Source: Octopus vulgaris
Lineage: Eukaryota
Assembly: GCA_951406725.2 (NCBI GenBank)
Contig: OX597827.1
Location: 54,312,001 to 54,376,000 of the forward strand
Direction: 5' to 3'
DNA: 64,000 bases
Shown here piece after piece: positions 25,988-40,425 of the stretch (positions are counted from its first letter, which is position 1; every line of letters starts with the position of its first letter). A model generated the notes under the pieces. The model did no database searches and was not told the origin of the DNA. It worked only from the letters and a program-made list of their open reading frames with translations. Both the position numbers and the translations under genes were made by a program.

Positions 25988-28982
25988 TATATATATATAT
26001 ATATATAATTGTTAATTACTAAAAATAATAAACAGCAAAACATTGACTAAAGATGGGACATTCTACTATTAGTAGAGTCAAATTTATTAATCATATCACA
26101 GTTGTCTGGGACCCTAGGATTCTCCTTAGCAGTTTATTCAACAAGTTGAATCAGCTGCTAAGATAAACTTAGTTCCAGTTAATTATGTGTGTATGTTTGT
26201 ATTTTTTTTTACATATATATATATATACATCATGTGAGTGTGTGTGCGTGCCTATATATAGAAATGTGTTTATATTATGGCTCTGTCTGTGTTTGAGGAC
26301 ATGTACTTGTGTGTGAGGATGTGTATGTTTGTGTGTATATGAATGCATATATACATAAATTCTATCAGAATGGGATGTTTTCACCTCACCACTGCCATTT
26401 TACTCCAAGAACTATTTCATTGTGAATGTAATGATGACCAGTTTTTACATCACAAATCTATTCCATAACTTTTGTGTTTTCCACTTCATTCCTGTAAATA
26501 AAAACATAAATTTCCAACCTTTAGACGTTGTTTCTTTCCCCCCTGTGCCCTTACCCCAACATTGCAATAAAGAAATAAATCAATTTCTTCAAATTAAAAC
26601 ATGACTATAATAAATATTTCAATAAATCTAAACTAATTATAAAACATCGCTGAATATCCCTATTGTATAACAGGATTTTTTATTGTTTTGTTTGTTAATT
26701 ATTGCTTTTTTTATTGTTGTTTTGTTGTATCCTGGGTGTTATTTGCTAAACACAGCTGTATTGGCTCAAGTGTTCAAACACAGGATTTCCGAGAGTTAAA
26801 AACAATACTCATGTTCATTGACGTTTACAACAGTTACAGCTTTATTCTATATATTTTATATATTTTAAAATTACATATGGAATAAATGAGAAACAAACAA
26901 ATGAATAAATATTTCCTGTTTAATTAAACAGGCATAATTATTTTTTCATTATTGATATATATGTTCATTTACCCCCATCTTCTTCTTAGGAAACAGATTC
27001 TGTAATTAAGAAAAGCACCAGAAACAAAAAAAAAAAGAATTTCCATTTTTATTATACCATCCAGTCATAGAAAAATTATAACCAATAACCATTGTGATAT
27101 ATAATTTGAGTAATTTTATCTTATTCACAAGATGTAAAGTCTGAATTAAAGAACAATTCCTACATCCATATATGGTGATGCATGTGCATTTTTCTGTCTC
27201 AGTTCAAATTAAAAGGTTGATTTTTTTTTTTTCGGAAAGAAAAATGTGAAGAAAAAGGAAAAAGGAGAAAAAGAAATATTTTATTTTCATTTTCTGTTTA
27301 TACTTTGTTGTATATTAGTTGTGTTTTGAGCTCTCAATTTTTCCTGAATTCAGTTATTAAAACTTGAAGAATTTAGAAGAATATTCTAAAGGAAGAGTTC
27401 TCTAATTTTATGATGAACGGCTTCTGTATATGTAAATGAAAAGAAGACTTTCTTTCTCTCTCATCTACACACATCGGTTTAAAATTTTGGTACAAAGCCA
27501 ACAAGTTCAAAAGAGGGGATAAGTCAATTACATCAATTCCAGTGCTCAACTGGTACTTATTTTATCAACCCTGAAAGGATGAAAGGCAAAGTTGACCTTG
27601 GTGGCATTTGTACTCAGAATATAAAGATAGATGGAATGCCACTAAGCATTTTTCCCAACGTAATAATGATAACTGCCAGCTCGGTGACTTCCTACACACA
27701 AATATCAACACATCTTTACATCTGTCTCTGATAACAGAAAGAATTATAGAATTCATGGTATAATAAAGCCAGCAACACACTCCAGCCTCTGGCTCATAAG
27801 TGCATTGTTTCATCTCTCTGCCTTTTCTACACCTAACATAGTAGCCTCCTTTGTGCTGGCTAGGTTCATGCTACCTCCACTCAAGCATTCCCATCTTATT
27901 CTACACTTCTCTTCTCCTTGCCTTTATGCTCTGCTCCCAGGTCCAGCACTAATCACTACATCCAGTTCTTTCTTGCTAGAATGTCAACCTCCCAGAATCT
28001 CTGTCTCTTTTGTATTAACTTACAAAGGTTCAAGAGAAACATAATTCGCAGCATTTTCACTGGTCTAAGAGGAACTGCAAAGGACATGGTCACTGCTTCT
28101 TCCAACAGAATCAGCAAATGAAAGAAGAAAATGTTCAGATCAATGAAGTGCATATATTTCGATATCTACAGGAAGAAAGAATTTTAAATACTTCTGGCCT
28201 GTTTATTTAAAAAGCTATGTAAAAATAATATCACTGCATAGACAATACTTCTCTCTATTTCACTACTGTCTACAAAGCTACACAAATACTACCAGTTAGC
28301 TGCAGGTATTTTCAAATTAGCCACGCTGATGAGATCATATCAGTTTTCCAAGTGTACTTGAAAATCATCATCATCATCGTTTAACGTTCGCTTTCCATGC
28401 TAGCATGGGTTGGACGATTTGACTGAGGTCTGGCGAACCAGATGGCTGCAACAGGCCCCAATCTGATCTGGCAGAGTTTCTACAGCTGGATGCCCTTCCT
28501 AATGCCAACCACTCCGAGAGTGCAGTGGGTGCTTTTATGTACCACCGGCATGAGGGCCAGTCAGGCGGTACTGGCAACGGCCACGCTCAAATTGTGCTTT
28601 TTATGTTAAAATGTTAACAGATTATTTAATGGAGAAAATTTTTCCACTTAGTCATATTACCACTTATTTTTTTTTTTTAATGTCAACTCTTTTTCACAAC
28701 AGTTAATATTCAGTTACGAGGTTTACTTCAGAAATATTGAGGTTATTTTTTGACGAGTTAGTTATGACTGTCCTAGATTACTGTAATTTCAATATACCAT
28801 TAATATACATCTAATAAGCTGACTTGCCAACTTTTATTATTCCAGTTTGAAGGAAATGGCTGTAAAAGCACTTTGAACATACCCTACTAAACTGCTTGTC
28901 ACAGCTAGCTGAGTTTTAGAATGCACTCAAAACATAAAGACAATTTAGAAGCTCACTATGCAATATGTATTAAAATATAAAA

Positions 28983-29473
28983 CAAATGTGCCCTTTTAAA
29001 GCCTAGCCAGGTTCATGGGCCCAGTTTCTCGGTTTCAATGGCATATGTGTTCTCCAGCTGAACGGGACACCAGTCCATTACAGCGTTACTCATTTTTGCC
29101 AGCTGAGTGGACTGGAGCAACGTGAAATGAAGCGTTTTTCTCAAGAATACAACACGTCGCCCGGTCCAGGAATCGAAACCACAATCTTACGATCATGATG
29201 CTGACACCCTAACCACTAAGCCACGTGCCTCCACAAATAAATAAATGCGCCCTTTTAAAGCCTAGTCAGGCTCATGGGCCCGGTTTCAATGGCATATGTA
29301 TTCCCCAGTTAGATGAGACGCCAGTCCATCGCAGCATTACTCATTTTTGCCAGCTGAGTGGACTGGAGCAACGTGTTTTGCTCAAGAACATAACACATCA
29401 CCTGGTCCAGGAATCGAAACTACAATCTTACAATCATGATGCTGACACTCTAACCACTTAGCCATGTGCCTCC
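28983..29473 (-). mobile_element. Tandem dimer of a third tRNA-derived SINE family (related + copy at 32978-33307)
   Basis: Two adjacent ~245-bp copies with head ggaggcacgtggcttagtggttag..ttcgattcctgg and core ttgctccagtccactcagctg. Confidence 0.8.
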
Positions 29474-29514
29474 ATGCAATATTTATTAAACTGACAAAAA
29501 TGCTACAGAAACTT

Positions 29515-29790
29515 ATGAAATGCTCCAGCCTGCTTGTAAATTAACTTGAATGGCACTGGCACATGAAACCGTGCAAAGCAAGTTCACCAGAAAGTCATGG
29601 GAGCTGTGCTGTTTTCTGACTTTGTAAACGTATCCACGGGTGTTAGACAGGTGGAGTTTGAAAAGGTGCTCAGAGTTATTGTTAGTAAGATGGTTAATAA
29701 TTTTATGAGTGTCTGCCAAGTCAGCTGCCAGATGTCAGAGTTTCAATGAGTCCATGCCCAGGGAAGTAAGGCGTTCAGGATATGAAAAAT
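29515..29790 (-). mobile_element. CR1-clade LINE 3' fragment
   Basis: YPERLTSLGMDSL..DLADTHKIIN..LFKL..NTRGYVYKV matches the CR1 ORF2 C-terminus pattern. Confidence 0.75.
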
Positions 29791-29950
29791 CTAGTTTTTC
29801 ATTTGCTTACTCTTTAATCATTAGCTCTTTTGATACCAACATCCCCAGAACTGCCCTTGGTTCTAAGATACCATTTTATTGTTTTAAAGTGAACAAAAAC
29901 TTTCCATCAAAATTTATGTTCCTAACACTTGCTTAATAATAATAATAAAG

Positions 29951-31184
29951 TAAGCAACGTTTTGAAACATGAAATTCATCACAATATATTTCAACAATGC
30001 AGAAATTTTATTCATCAAAGTAAATATTACAATCAATACATTTTTGCCAACAAGTTACAAGTTTGTTAATTCCAGTAACATAAAAATCTGGAGTTCTGGA
30101 GCTGTTGAACTCTTTGAATGCACTTTCAGTATTGGCTCGATATTTTGAACTCCTTCTCTCACAGGAAACCATCAAGGTGCTTGAAAAAGTGGTAGTCAGT
30201 AGGAGAAAGGTCTGAGGAAGAAGCTGGGTGGGCAAGACCTTCATAACCAAGTTCCCTCAACTTCTGGATTGTCATTAGTGAAGTGTGTGGTCAAGCATTG
30301 TCATGAAGAATGACTGGCCTGCTTCTATTGACCAGTCTGGAATGGAGGAGTAGCAGTTTTTCGTTCATTTTGGCAATTTCATGGCAATATGTTTCTGCAG
30401 TAATGGTTTTTCTGGGTTTTAAGAAGTTACAGGGGATGAGTCTAGCAGTATACCATAGTCACCATAACTTTCTTTTTGAATAGCTCGGGTTCAGAGAAGG
30501 TTTGCAGCGCTTCATTTTGGTCTAACCACTGTGCAGAATGTTTTGTATTATTGTACAGAATCCACTTTTCTTTGCAAGTTACAATATGGTTGAGAAATGA
30601 ATCGCTGTGGTTATGGAGAAGAAGCAATTAGCAAATTTCATATCTGCACATTTTCATCATGAGGTACCCATTTGTTGAGCTTTTTTTGATTTTCCGATTG
30701 CGTGTAAACGGTTGCAGGCAGTTTTCTGGCTAACTTGAAGTTCTTTTGCCAGTTCTCGAGTGGTTTTACATGGATCTTTCTCAATGGCGGTCTTTAATTG
30801 ACCATCATTGATAACAGATGAGCGACCACTATGTTCAAATCTTCAAGGCTCAGATCTCAACTGTGAAATTATTTAAACCATTTTCGAGCTAACCACTCAC
30901 TGATCATTTCCTCAACAAATGTTTTGTTGATATCGCAAGCAGTTTCAGCTACTTTTTTTTTTTTTTTCTTTTGAAATTGAATAGCAAAGTTGCTCAAATA
31001 TCATGCTTTGACAGTTCCATTTCAGATGATTGTAACAATGCTGAAACAAATATCAATGTTAATTTATTGATGCATTGGGCAAGTCTGTGGCTGTATTATC
31101 AGACAATTGCAAAAAAATGTTTTAAAAAAAATTCAAATCTGCAAAAATCCAGTACAAATTTTTCATAGTTCAAAACGTTGCTTA
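29951..31184 (-). mobile_element. Mariner DNA transposon, near full length, transposase disrupted
   Basis: TIRs taagcaacgttttgaa..atgaaa at both ends with terminal TA; transposase remnants IVTCKEKWILYNN..AQWLD and GINKLVTCWQKCIDCN..YFDE. Confidence 0.9.
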
Positions 31185-33307
31185 TATATATGTAGGAATA
31201 TATGACATATATGTAGGAATAAAAGTTCTCGTTAGTGTACAGGCAAGTGTATTAATAATGATAGAAAGAAAAATTAAGCAGAAGTAATGGAAGCATTATT
31301 TATTTATTTATTTATATACATATAGAAAAGGCCTTTGAACTTTGTATATATGTAAGTGTATTTACATATACATGTATGCATTTAATAAAGTACATAGGTG
31401 CAGGTGTGGTTCTATGGTTAAAAAGTTTGCTTCCTAACCATATGGATTTAGGTTCAGTCCTGTTGCTTGACACCTTGAGCAACTGTCTTTTATTATAAAC
31501 CCTGGTCGACTGAATATATATATATATACATATATGAGTGGATTTGGTAGACAGAAACTGAAAAAACCAGTCTATACATATATATATATATATACACACA
31601 CACATACATACACACATATTTATGTATATGTGTGTGTGCATGTTAGCGTCTCCTTGTCTTGACATTGTGTGATAGTTGTAAATGAGTGTCACTGTCATAT
31701 AAGCAGTGTCAGTCATTTCCAATATCCGTGAGAACGTGTCTGATCATGGGGGACAGTCTGACCCAGGCAAGCACAACAATGTGAATGCTTAAAGCGATGA
31801 TGATGTATGTGTGCATGTATATAGATGTAAAGAAGATTACTCAGCTTCTTTATTCTTTCAGAACTGTTGATTCACTGAGTTTCTTAGATGTGAACATTCA
31901 TTCAGGCATAGTAAGTACATTCAATGATCGCTTCTCATACCAAAGACAAGATATGAATGTCCAGCATCTGTAAGTGTCTTCCATAAACTGATGTCCAGTA
32001 CACATCGCCATGAAGAGAAAGTGGTACTGGAGAAAAGAAAATAACACAGTAAAATAATCAAAATAACACAATAGATAAGAGATGAGCAACAAGTAGTAAA
32101 AAGTTGAAATATATATAATTCATTACATATAATTACAGTTGTAGCTTGACGGACTATTCATAATGTTAGAAACATTAACCCTTCTACTGACATGCATTAT
32201 TACATGACATTTATAGTGCATGCTCACACACAGTTACATATCTTTTATCATTTATTTGTTTCATTCATAAGACTGAGGCCATGCTGGAGCATTGCCTTCA
32301 AGAAGTTTTGGACAAATGAATCAACTGCTGTACTTTTTTTTTTTCCAAACCTGGTACTTATTCTATTAACCTCTTTTGCCAAACCACTAAGTTATGGGGG
32401 ATTTAAATACACCAACACAAGTTGTCAAGTGGTGCTGAGGTACAAACACAGACACAAAGACACACACATTCATAGATGTATCTATATATACGACTGGTGT
32501 CTTTCAGTTTCTGTCTACCAAAATCCACTCACAAGGCTTTAGTTGGCCTGAGATTATAGTAGAAGTCACTTGCCTAAGGACTCACACAATGGGATTGAAC
32601 CCAAAACCATGTAGCCACACGTACATTTATATGTATATAGTAATGTAATATATGTATATAGTAATGTAATAATAGTAAAATATATCAATAATATATTTTA
32701 CATATTGTAAACTTTATCTGGTATAGAACACAGTGTGCTGGGAAGAGTAAATAGACATATATTTTTATTACAGGTATAACTTAAATGTTCTAGAATCTTT
32801 TGTTCCAAAGCCTTTCTGGAATTCTTGATTTTTCCAAACTACACTTTGGTCAACACACTCTAAATTAAACAAATATTAAATTTACTTAATTAATTAAATG
32901 AAATACAGGCCCCTGTACATTCGTATATATTATACAAGATTATTAATACTATACTGTACAATATTAATACTATATTGTGAAAGCACATGGCTTAGTGATT
33001 AGAGCGTGAGGCTCACATAAGGTAATGAGTTCAATTCCTGAACCAGGCTCCATGTTGTGTTCTTGAGCAAGACACTTTGTTATACATTGCTCCAATTCAC
33101 TCGGCAGTAAAAATGAGTTGCCATGTCACTGGTATCAGGTTTTGCCTTCCCTTTGAATATCATTGGTGGCATGGAGAGGGGAAGCTGGTATACTTGGGCA
33201 ACTACTGGTCTTCCATAAACAACCTTACCCAGACTTGTACCTCGGAGGGTAACTTTCTAGGTGCAATCCCATGGCTATTCATGACTGAAGGGTATCTTTA
33301 CCCTTTA

Positions 33308-33524
33308 CTGTACAAGGTACTAGTCTGTGTAAGGTACTAGTCTGTACAAGGTACTAGTCTGTGCAAGGTACTAGTCTGTGCAAAGTATTAGTCTGTGCAA
33401 GGTACTAATCTGTGTAACGTACTAGTCTGTGCGAGGTACTAGTCTGTGTGAGGTACTAGTCTGTGCAAGGTACTAGTCTGTGCAAGGTACTAGTCTGTGT
33501 GAGGTACTAGTCTGTACAAGGTAC
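33308..33524. repeat. 17-bp minisatellite (AAGGTACTAGTCTGTGY) x ~12.8
   Basis: Direct tandem units without spacers, attached to the 3' end of the SINE at 32978-33307. Confidence 0.95.
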
Positions 33525-34166
33525 CGGTAAATTAGTCTGCTGACCACAGGAACTTGAAGTTCTTGCTCATAAATTAGTGCAAATTATAATCAGTTCCAAA
33601 CCATTCATGTCTGGAATATCAGTATTGTACCTGTAAATCAAAGTTGACAGTCTACTCTGAGAACCCTGAATGGGTGAAACTCAGGGCAGACCTTTTTCTT
33701 CATCGCTTATTTGTTTCAGTAATTAAGACCGCAGTCATGCTGGGGCATCACCTTGAAGAACAGTACTTATTTTTGATCCCAGTATTTATTTTTGTATAAT
33801 TGGTACTTATTGTAGCAGTTTCTTTTGCTGAACTGCTAAGTTTCAGGGATATAAACACACCAATTGGTTGTCAAGCAGAGGGCAGGGACAAGCACAGACA
33901 CACACACACACACACATGTGCACGTGCTCGTGTATATATACTCTTTACTCTCTTTTACTCTTTTACTTGTTTCAGTCATTTGACTGTGGCCATGCTGGAG
34001 ACCACCTTTAGTTGAAGAACTCGACCCCAGGACTTATTCTTTGTAAGCCTAGTACTTATTCTATTAGTATCTTTTGTTGAACCGCTAAGTGACAGGGACA
34101 TAAACACACCAGAATCATGTGGTTGGTAAGCAAGCAACATACCACACAGCCACTCCTGCGCCTATG

Positions 34167-34217
<51 letters not shown>

Positions 34218-36809
34218 AGTGTGATTGTGTATAGAAGAATATATTAATTTTTGTTTCTCCCATTATTAATAGACTAACCTGTACCTTAACAAGAACTTTT
34301 ATTCCTACATATATACATACATACATTAGTTTCCACCAATTAAATCCACTCACAAGGCTTTGGTTGCCCTGAGGCTATAGGAGACACTTTCCCAAGAGGC
34401 TATGCAATGGAAGTGAACCCAGAACCATGTGGTTGGGTAGTAAGCTTCTTACCAGAGGGATTGCCATTGATGAAGTCACAAGCAGTGACAACTCTGATGA
34501 ACCAACTGATTTAACTGATAGTAATAAAAGAGGTGAAATAAAATCATTGCATTTTCTTTTTATGGTAAAAAAAAAATGTACCAATGTACAGTATGCACAC
34601 ATATATACACAAATATATATTCCCACTGTGTGGAACCTTGAGCAAGTGTCTTCTACTATAGCCTTGGGCTATGTGTGCATTTGTACCCCACCATTGCTTG
34701 ACAACTGGTGCTTTGCAGTTTGGCAAAAGAGATCAATAGAATGAGTACTAGGCTTTAAAAAATAAGCCCTGGGGTTGATTTCTTTGACTAGGCAGGTAGA
34801 CCAACATACCCCTTGAACAGAGCACTAATCCATTGCAGGGTCGCCCACTCACAGCTGAGGGAACTGAAACAAAATGAATATATATGCATTCTCACACATG
34901 ATTTCTCTAACATTTGCTCGCTCTCAACAGCTCTGTCATTTTATCATGTTTCTACTTTAATTCCTCCCGACTATTGTAGAACTCTAACTGTCTTCTTCCC
35001 ACTTCCCCTCTCTTTATTACTTAGGCTATCTCTTCTCTCATTCATTCTTTCATCTCTTCTTATATTTCACTGTCTGTTCACCTGAATGCCTGTCACACCA
35101 GCCTTTGAGCTGGCAGAAACGTTAGCACGCCGGGCGAAATGCTCAGCAGTATTTCGTCTGTCGTTATGTTCTGGGTTCAAACACCGCCGAGGTCGACTTT
35201 GCCTTTCATCCTTTCGGGGTCGATAAATAAAGTACCAGTTGCGCACTGGGGTCGATGTAGTTGACTTAATCCCTTTGTCTGTCTTTGTTTGTCCCCTCTA
35301 TGTTTAGCCCCTTGTGGGCAATAAAGAAATATATTTCTCTGCCCCTCCCCATCTCTCTTTCTCTCTCTCTCTTCACTCAGTTTCCCACCCTAGCAATTTA
35401 TCTACCTAATCCACCTTACTTCATAATTTTTCTCTCTCTCTTCCACCTCTCTCAATACAACCATTGCTCCTTCATCCTTCATCCTTCCACTATTCTTCAG
35501 CATGACAGCTTTTGCCAGTTATTGGTTACTTGAACAAAGGTTATTTATTTTATGTTATCATTTCATATTGTTTCTCAGTCTGGGTAATAATGCTTCCCTC
35601 TGGAAATACTGTAAACATTTAAGAGGATGGACAATAAATGTTAGAGGCCGTTTGTATCTATTTGGAAAGTGTGCTAATTTATTCACTATTGTTATTTAAT
35701 TACAATGAGGGAATTAATTATGTGCCACTTTCAGTCTCTCATGGGTTTTCATGAGATATTATTGAGCACAATTAAGGATTATGCTTTTATGCATAATTAA
35801 ACATTGTTTTAAAATAATTATGCATTGTTTTAAAATTGTTTGTTCATAGTGTTGTTCATGTGTATGTGGTTTAAGTTGGATGTATGTGAATTATTAAAGT
35901 GTTGTTGCTGAACACAAAAATGAAATGCAACAATAACAAAAAAAATGTACACATTCTAAATAATAATAATAACAACAACAACAACAACACAAAATATATT
36001 CTTAACTGTACCAGAAAATATTTTCGATGAAGGAAAGGCAAAGCTGAGTTGCTAGCATAGTCATCATCATCATCATCATCATCATTGTTTAACGTTCGCT
36101 TTCCATGCTAGCATGGGTTATACGGTTCAACTGGGGTCCGGGATGCCAGAAGGCTGCACCAGGCCCAGTCTGATCTGGCAGTGTTTCTACGGCTGGATGC
36201 CCTTCCTAACGCCAACCACTCCGTGAGTGTAGTGGGTGCTTTTTACATGCCACCGGCACAGGTGCCAGATGAGGCTGGCAAACGGCCACGATCGGATGGT
36301 GCTTTTTACATGCCACCAGCACGGAGACCAGACGAAGCTGGCAACGGCCTGTGCCAGCAATGGCCCAGTGTTGAAAAAGATTTTTTGTGCATTTGCCAAA
36401 CAGAATGACACTTGCTAACGTATGACTAAATGTGCAGGAGCACAGGGATAATCTGAGCTGCACAAGTCCAGAGCCAACTCTTTGCCTTCATTCTCATGTG
36501 ATGTCCTTGATCAAATGAATATCATTATAAATATATATTAGCGACAGAGGCAATATTACTACTGAGAGCTAATATTAATCCCCACTTAAATCTCTCTCTC
36601 TCTCTTTTACTCTTTTACTTGTTTCAGTCATTTGACTGTGGCCATGCTGGAGCACCGCCTTTAGTCGAGCAAATCGACCCAAGGACTTATTCTTTGTAAG
36701 CCTAGTACTTATTCTATCAGTCTCTTTTGCTGAACCGCTAAGTTACAGGGACGTAAACACACTAACATCAGTTGTCAAGTGGGGTACAAACACAGACATA
36801 CAAACATAT

Positions 36810-36850
<41 letters not shown>

Positions 36851-37619
36851 CGACGGGCTTCTTTCAGTTTCTGTCTACCAAATCCACTCACAAGGCTTTG
36901 GTTGGCCTGAGGCTATAGTAGAAGACACTTGCCCAAGGTGCCACACAGTGGGACTGAACCCAGAACCGTGTGTTTCGTATTCACATTTTGGCACAAGGCC
37001 AGCAATTTCAAGAGAGGGGTTAAGTCAATTATATGTCACCAGCGCTCAACTAGTAATTGATTCATTGACCCCCCTCAAGAGATGAAAGGCAAAGTCGACC
37101 TCGATGGAATTTAAACTTAAAGCATAAAGACAGATGAAAAGTCACAAAGTATTTTAGCTGGCATGTTAATGATTCTGCTAGCTTGCTACCTTATAATATT
37201 GTTAAATATTAAAGTTCTATTGACCAGCAATTTAATTCTATAATGTTTTTAATCTCACAGTAAGATTAATGCTATCATAAACTAAATTAGACTCTTTCAC
37301 ACTCTACTCACAGTTTTTCAACCTCTGCACCCATTTGTCATCTCTCTCCCACAGTCCTGCTACTTTCCACCTTCCAATGCTGCTAGGCACTACCTACTTC
37401 CCAACTTATATGTATCATTGATTACTCCTGCATCAATCACTACATTCATCCCTATACTCTTAACAATCTCTGGTCATCATCTACTTTCCCACTTATTCCA
37501 TCCAACATATATTTATCATTGACCACCTTGACCCTTGTTTCTCATTCAGTATATTCGCATCCCTACCCCATTTCTTACCATCTCATTCTTCATTCACTCC
37601 ATACATGTATGTATGTTTG

Positions 37620-38160
37620 CATCACAAGGCACAAAAATATTGCTGTGTACCGTGCATACGTACTGACATTGCTCCTTTACTTATGTGAGACATGGACCCT
37701 TTACAAACGTCATGTAAAGGTCCTTGAACACTTCCATCAGAGATGTCCAAAACGCATTCTGAATGTTGACTGGACCTTAAAAACTCCAAACACACTGGCC
37801 TTGAGGAAAGCTGATATCTTGAGTATTGAGGCAATGGTGCACAAGCACCGGTTATGTTGGACTGGGCACCTTATTAGAATGAAAGACAACAAGATCCCTG
37901 AACAGATGCTATATGGGGAACTTGTTAATGGAAAGAGACCCCCAGCAGAAACCTAGGCTGTGATTTAAGGACTGTGTCAAGTCCTCATTAAAGGCCTGTG
38001 ATATGCAGAAGACCGACTGGGAGAACAATGCCTGTCATCATCACAGATGGAGGAAGAATGTTAAGGAGGGGGACAGCACCTTTGAAAGAGCACATATTTT
38101 TCATGAAGAATTTAAGTGTACTGCTCAAAAGTGCACTGTTAGATTAGTGAATGGGAAAGC
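37620..38160 (+). mobile_element. RTE/BovB-like LINE fragment
   Basis: AVYRAYVLTLLLYLCETWTLY..LEHFHQRC..RLCWTGHLIRM..IPEQMLYGEL. Confidence 0.88.
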
Positions 38161-38319
38161 TTGGTTTGCAATGTTTGCAGTTGTGTATGCTTGTCAAGAG
38201 AGGGTTCATTACTCACCAATGGAGCCACAAATGCAAAATATAAGATAGTCCTAAAGTGCACAATGTTCCTAAATGTCAGCAATGGTCTTCCTCGATTACA
38301 AGTGGATGGCCATCATACA

Positions 38320-38930
38320 CACACTGCAAATGGGCAGAAAATGGACTCCATCAACAGCCAGTGGGACAAGCTTGAGTTAGTAGATAGCTTCCATTATCTA
38401 GGTGATCAAGTTGGTAGTGGGGATGGATGCGCCAAGAGTGTAGCTGTGGGAATAAGATTAGGATTGGCAAAGTTCAGAGAGCTCCTACCCCTGCTGGCAA
38501 CAAAGGGCCTCAGAGTGAAAGGCAGATTATTTGATGCTTGTGTGTGGATTGCTATGTTGCATGGCAGTGAATCATGGGCTATGGCAGCTGAGGACATGTG
38601 TAGGTTTGAAAGAAATGAAGCCAGTATGCTTCGCTGGGTGTGCAATGTTAGTGTACATGTTCAACAGAGTGTAAGCATCTTCAGAGAAAAGTTAGGCATA
38701 AGAGGAATCAGATGTAGTGCGCAGGAAAGACAACTGCATTGGTATGGTCATGTGATGCATATGGATGAGGACAGCTGTGTAAAGTAGTACCAATTTCAAA
38801 CTGTGGAGGGAACCTGTGGTAGAGGTAGATCCAGAAAGACATGGAACAAAGTGGTGGAGCATGCATAATCTTTGAACTTTGATCCTCACAGAGGCAGCAA
38901 TGACCTTTGGCGATGTGCTGTGTTTGAGAG
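38320..38930 (+). mobile_element. RTE-clade LINE fragment (same family as 50279-51570)
   Basis: LELVDSFHYLGDQV...MLHGSESWA..ERNEASMLRW..RQLHWYGHVMHMD. Confidence 0.88.
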
Positions 38931-39026
38931 GATCTGTTAATGATGCACAGACATGCGCTGAGGCAGAGGCACCTCTGGCTCTACCTGGAGGGTGAACAAG
39001 TGTGGAATCCACTGGCAGAGACGTTC

Positions 39027-40425
39027 TTTCCAAAAATTTTTGAAAATTTTCCCCCAAAATTTTTGAAAACTTTTCCCAAACATTTTTGAAAATTTTCCCC
39101 CAAAATTTTTGAAAACGTTTCCCAAAAATTTTTGAAAATTTTCCCCAAAAATTTTTGAAATTGCCGGGAATTGCCGGAAATTAACGGAGTTTGCCGGAAA
39201 TTACCGGAAATTAACGGAAATTGAAAATTTTCCCTAAAAATTTTTCAAAAATTTTTGAAAATGGAAAATTTTCCCCAAAAATATTTGAAAAATTTTTGAA
39301 AAATTTTTTGAAAATTTTCCTCAGAAATTTTTGAAAAATTTTTTGAAGATTTTCCCCAAAAATTTGTCTAAAATTTTTTGAAATTTTTTGAAAATTTTCC
39401 CCAATAATATTTGAAAAATTTTTGGAAAATTTTCCCCAAAAATTTTTGAAAAATTTTTTGAAAATTTCCCCCAAAAACTTTTGAAAAATTTTTTGAAAAT
39501 TTTCTCCAAAAATTTTTCAAAAATTTTTTGAAGTTTTCCCCATAAATTTGTCAAAAATTCTTTGAAAATTTTCCCTAAAAATTTTTCAAAAATTTTTGAA
39601 AATGGAAAATTTTCCCCAAAAATATTTGAAAAATTTTTTGAAAATTTTCGTTTTGAAAATTTTTTGAAAATTTTCCTTTTGAAAATTTTTTGAAAAATTC
39701 TTTGAAAATTTTCCCCAAAAATTTTTGAAAAATTTTTCGAAAATTTTCTCCAAAAATTTTTCAAAACTTTTTTGAAAATTTTCCCTAAAAATTTGTCAAA
39801 AATTTTCCCCAAAAGTATTTGAAAAATTTTTTGAATATTTTTCCCAAAAATTTAAATAAAATTTTTTGAAAATTTTCCCCAAAAATATTTCAAAAATTAT
39901 TTGAAAATTTTCCCTAAAAATTTTTGAAAACTTTTTCGAAAATTTACACCAAAAATATTTTTTGAAAGTTTCCCCAAAAAACTTTTGAAAGATTTTTCGA
40001 AAATTTTCATCAAAATTTTAGAAAAATGTTTTGAATATTTTCCCCAAAAATTTAAATAGAATTTTTTGAAAATTTTCCCCAAAAAATTTTTCAAAAATAT
40101 TTTGAAAATTTCCCCCAAAATTTTAAAAAACTTTTTCGAAAATTTTCCCCAAAAATTTTTTGAAAATATTTCAAAAGTTTTTTGAAAATTTTCCCCAAAA
40201 ATTTTTGAAAACTTTTTTCGAAAATTTTCCCCAAAAATGTTTAAAAATTTTTTGAAAATTTCCTCCAAAAACTTTTGAAAGATTTTTCGAAAATTTTCAC
40301 CAAAATTTTAGAAAAATTTTTTGAAAATTTTCCCCAAAAATTTTTTTGAAATTTTCATCAAAAATTTTCCCCAAAATTTTTTGAAAATTTTCCTCAAAAA
40401 TTTTTGAAAATTTTCCCCAAAAGTT
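39027..40425. repeat. ~1.4-kb AT-rich satellite built on GAAAATTTTCCCC-AAAAATTTTT, with an internal 6 x 10-bp block (TTRMCGGAAA-like) at 39161-39220
   Basis: A/T runs recur about every 11 bp (units ~22 and ~33 bp); higher-order duplication 39221-39300 vs 39562-39642. Confidence 0.92.

Noticed and set aside
33308-33524. Possible CRISPR-like array
   Set aside because: Units are contiguous with no unique spacers, in a eukaryotic context; it is a minisatellite.
39211-40268. K/F/N-rich ORFs of 87-163 aa on the - strand
   Set aside because: Translations of the AT-rich satellite; no splice signals or domain pattern.
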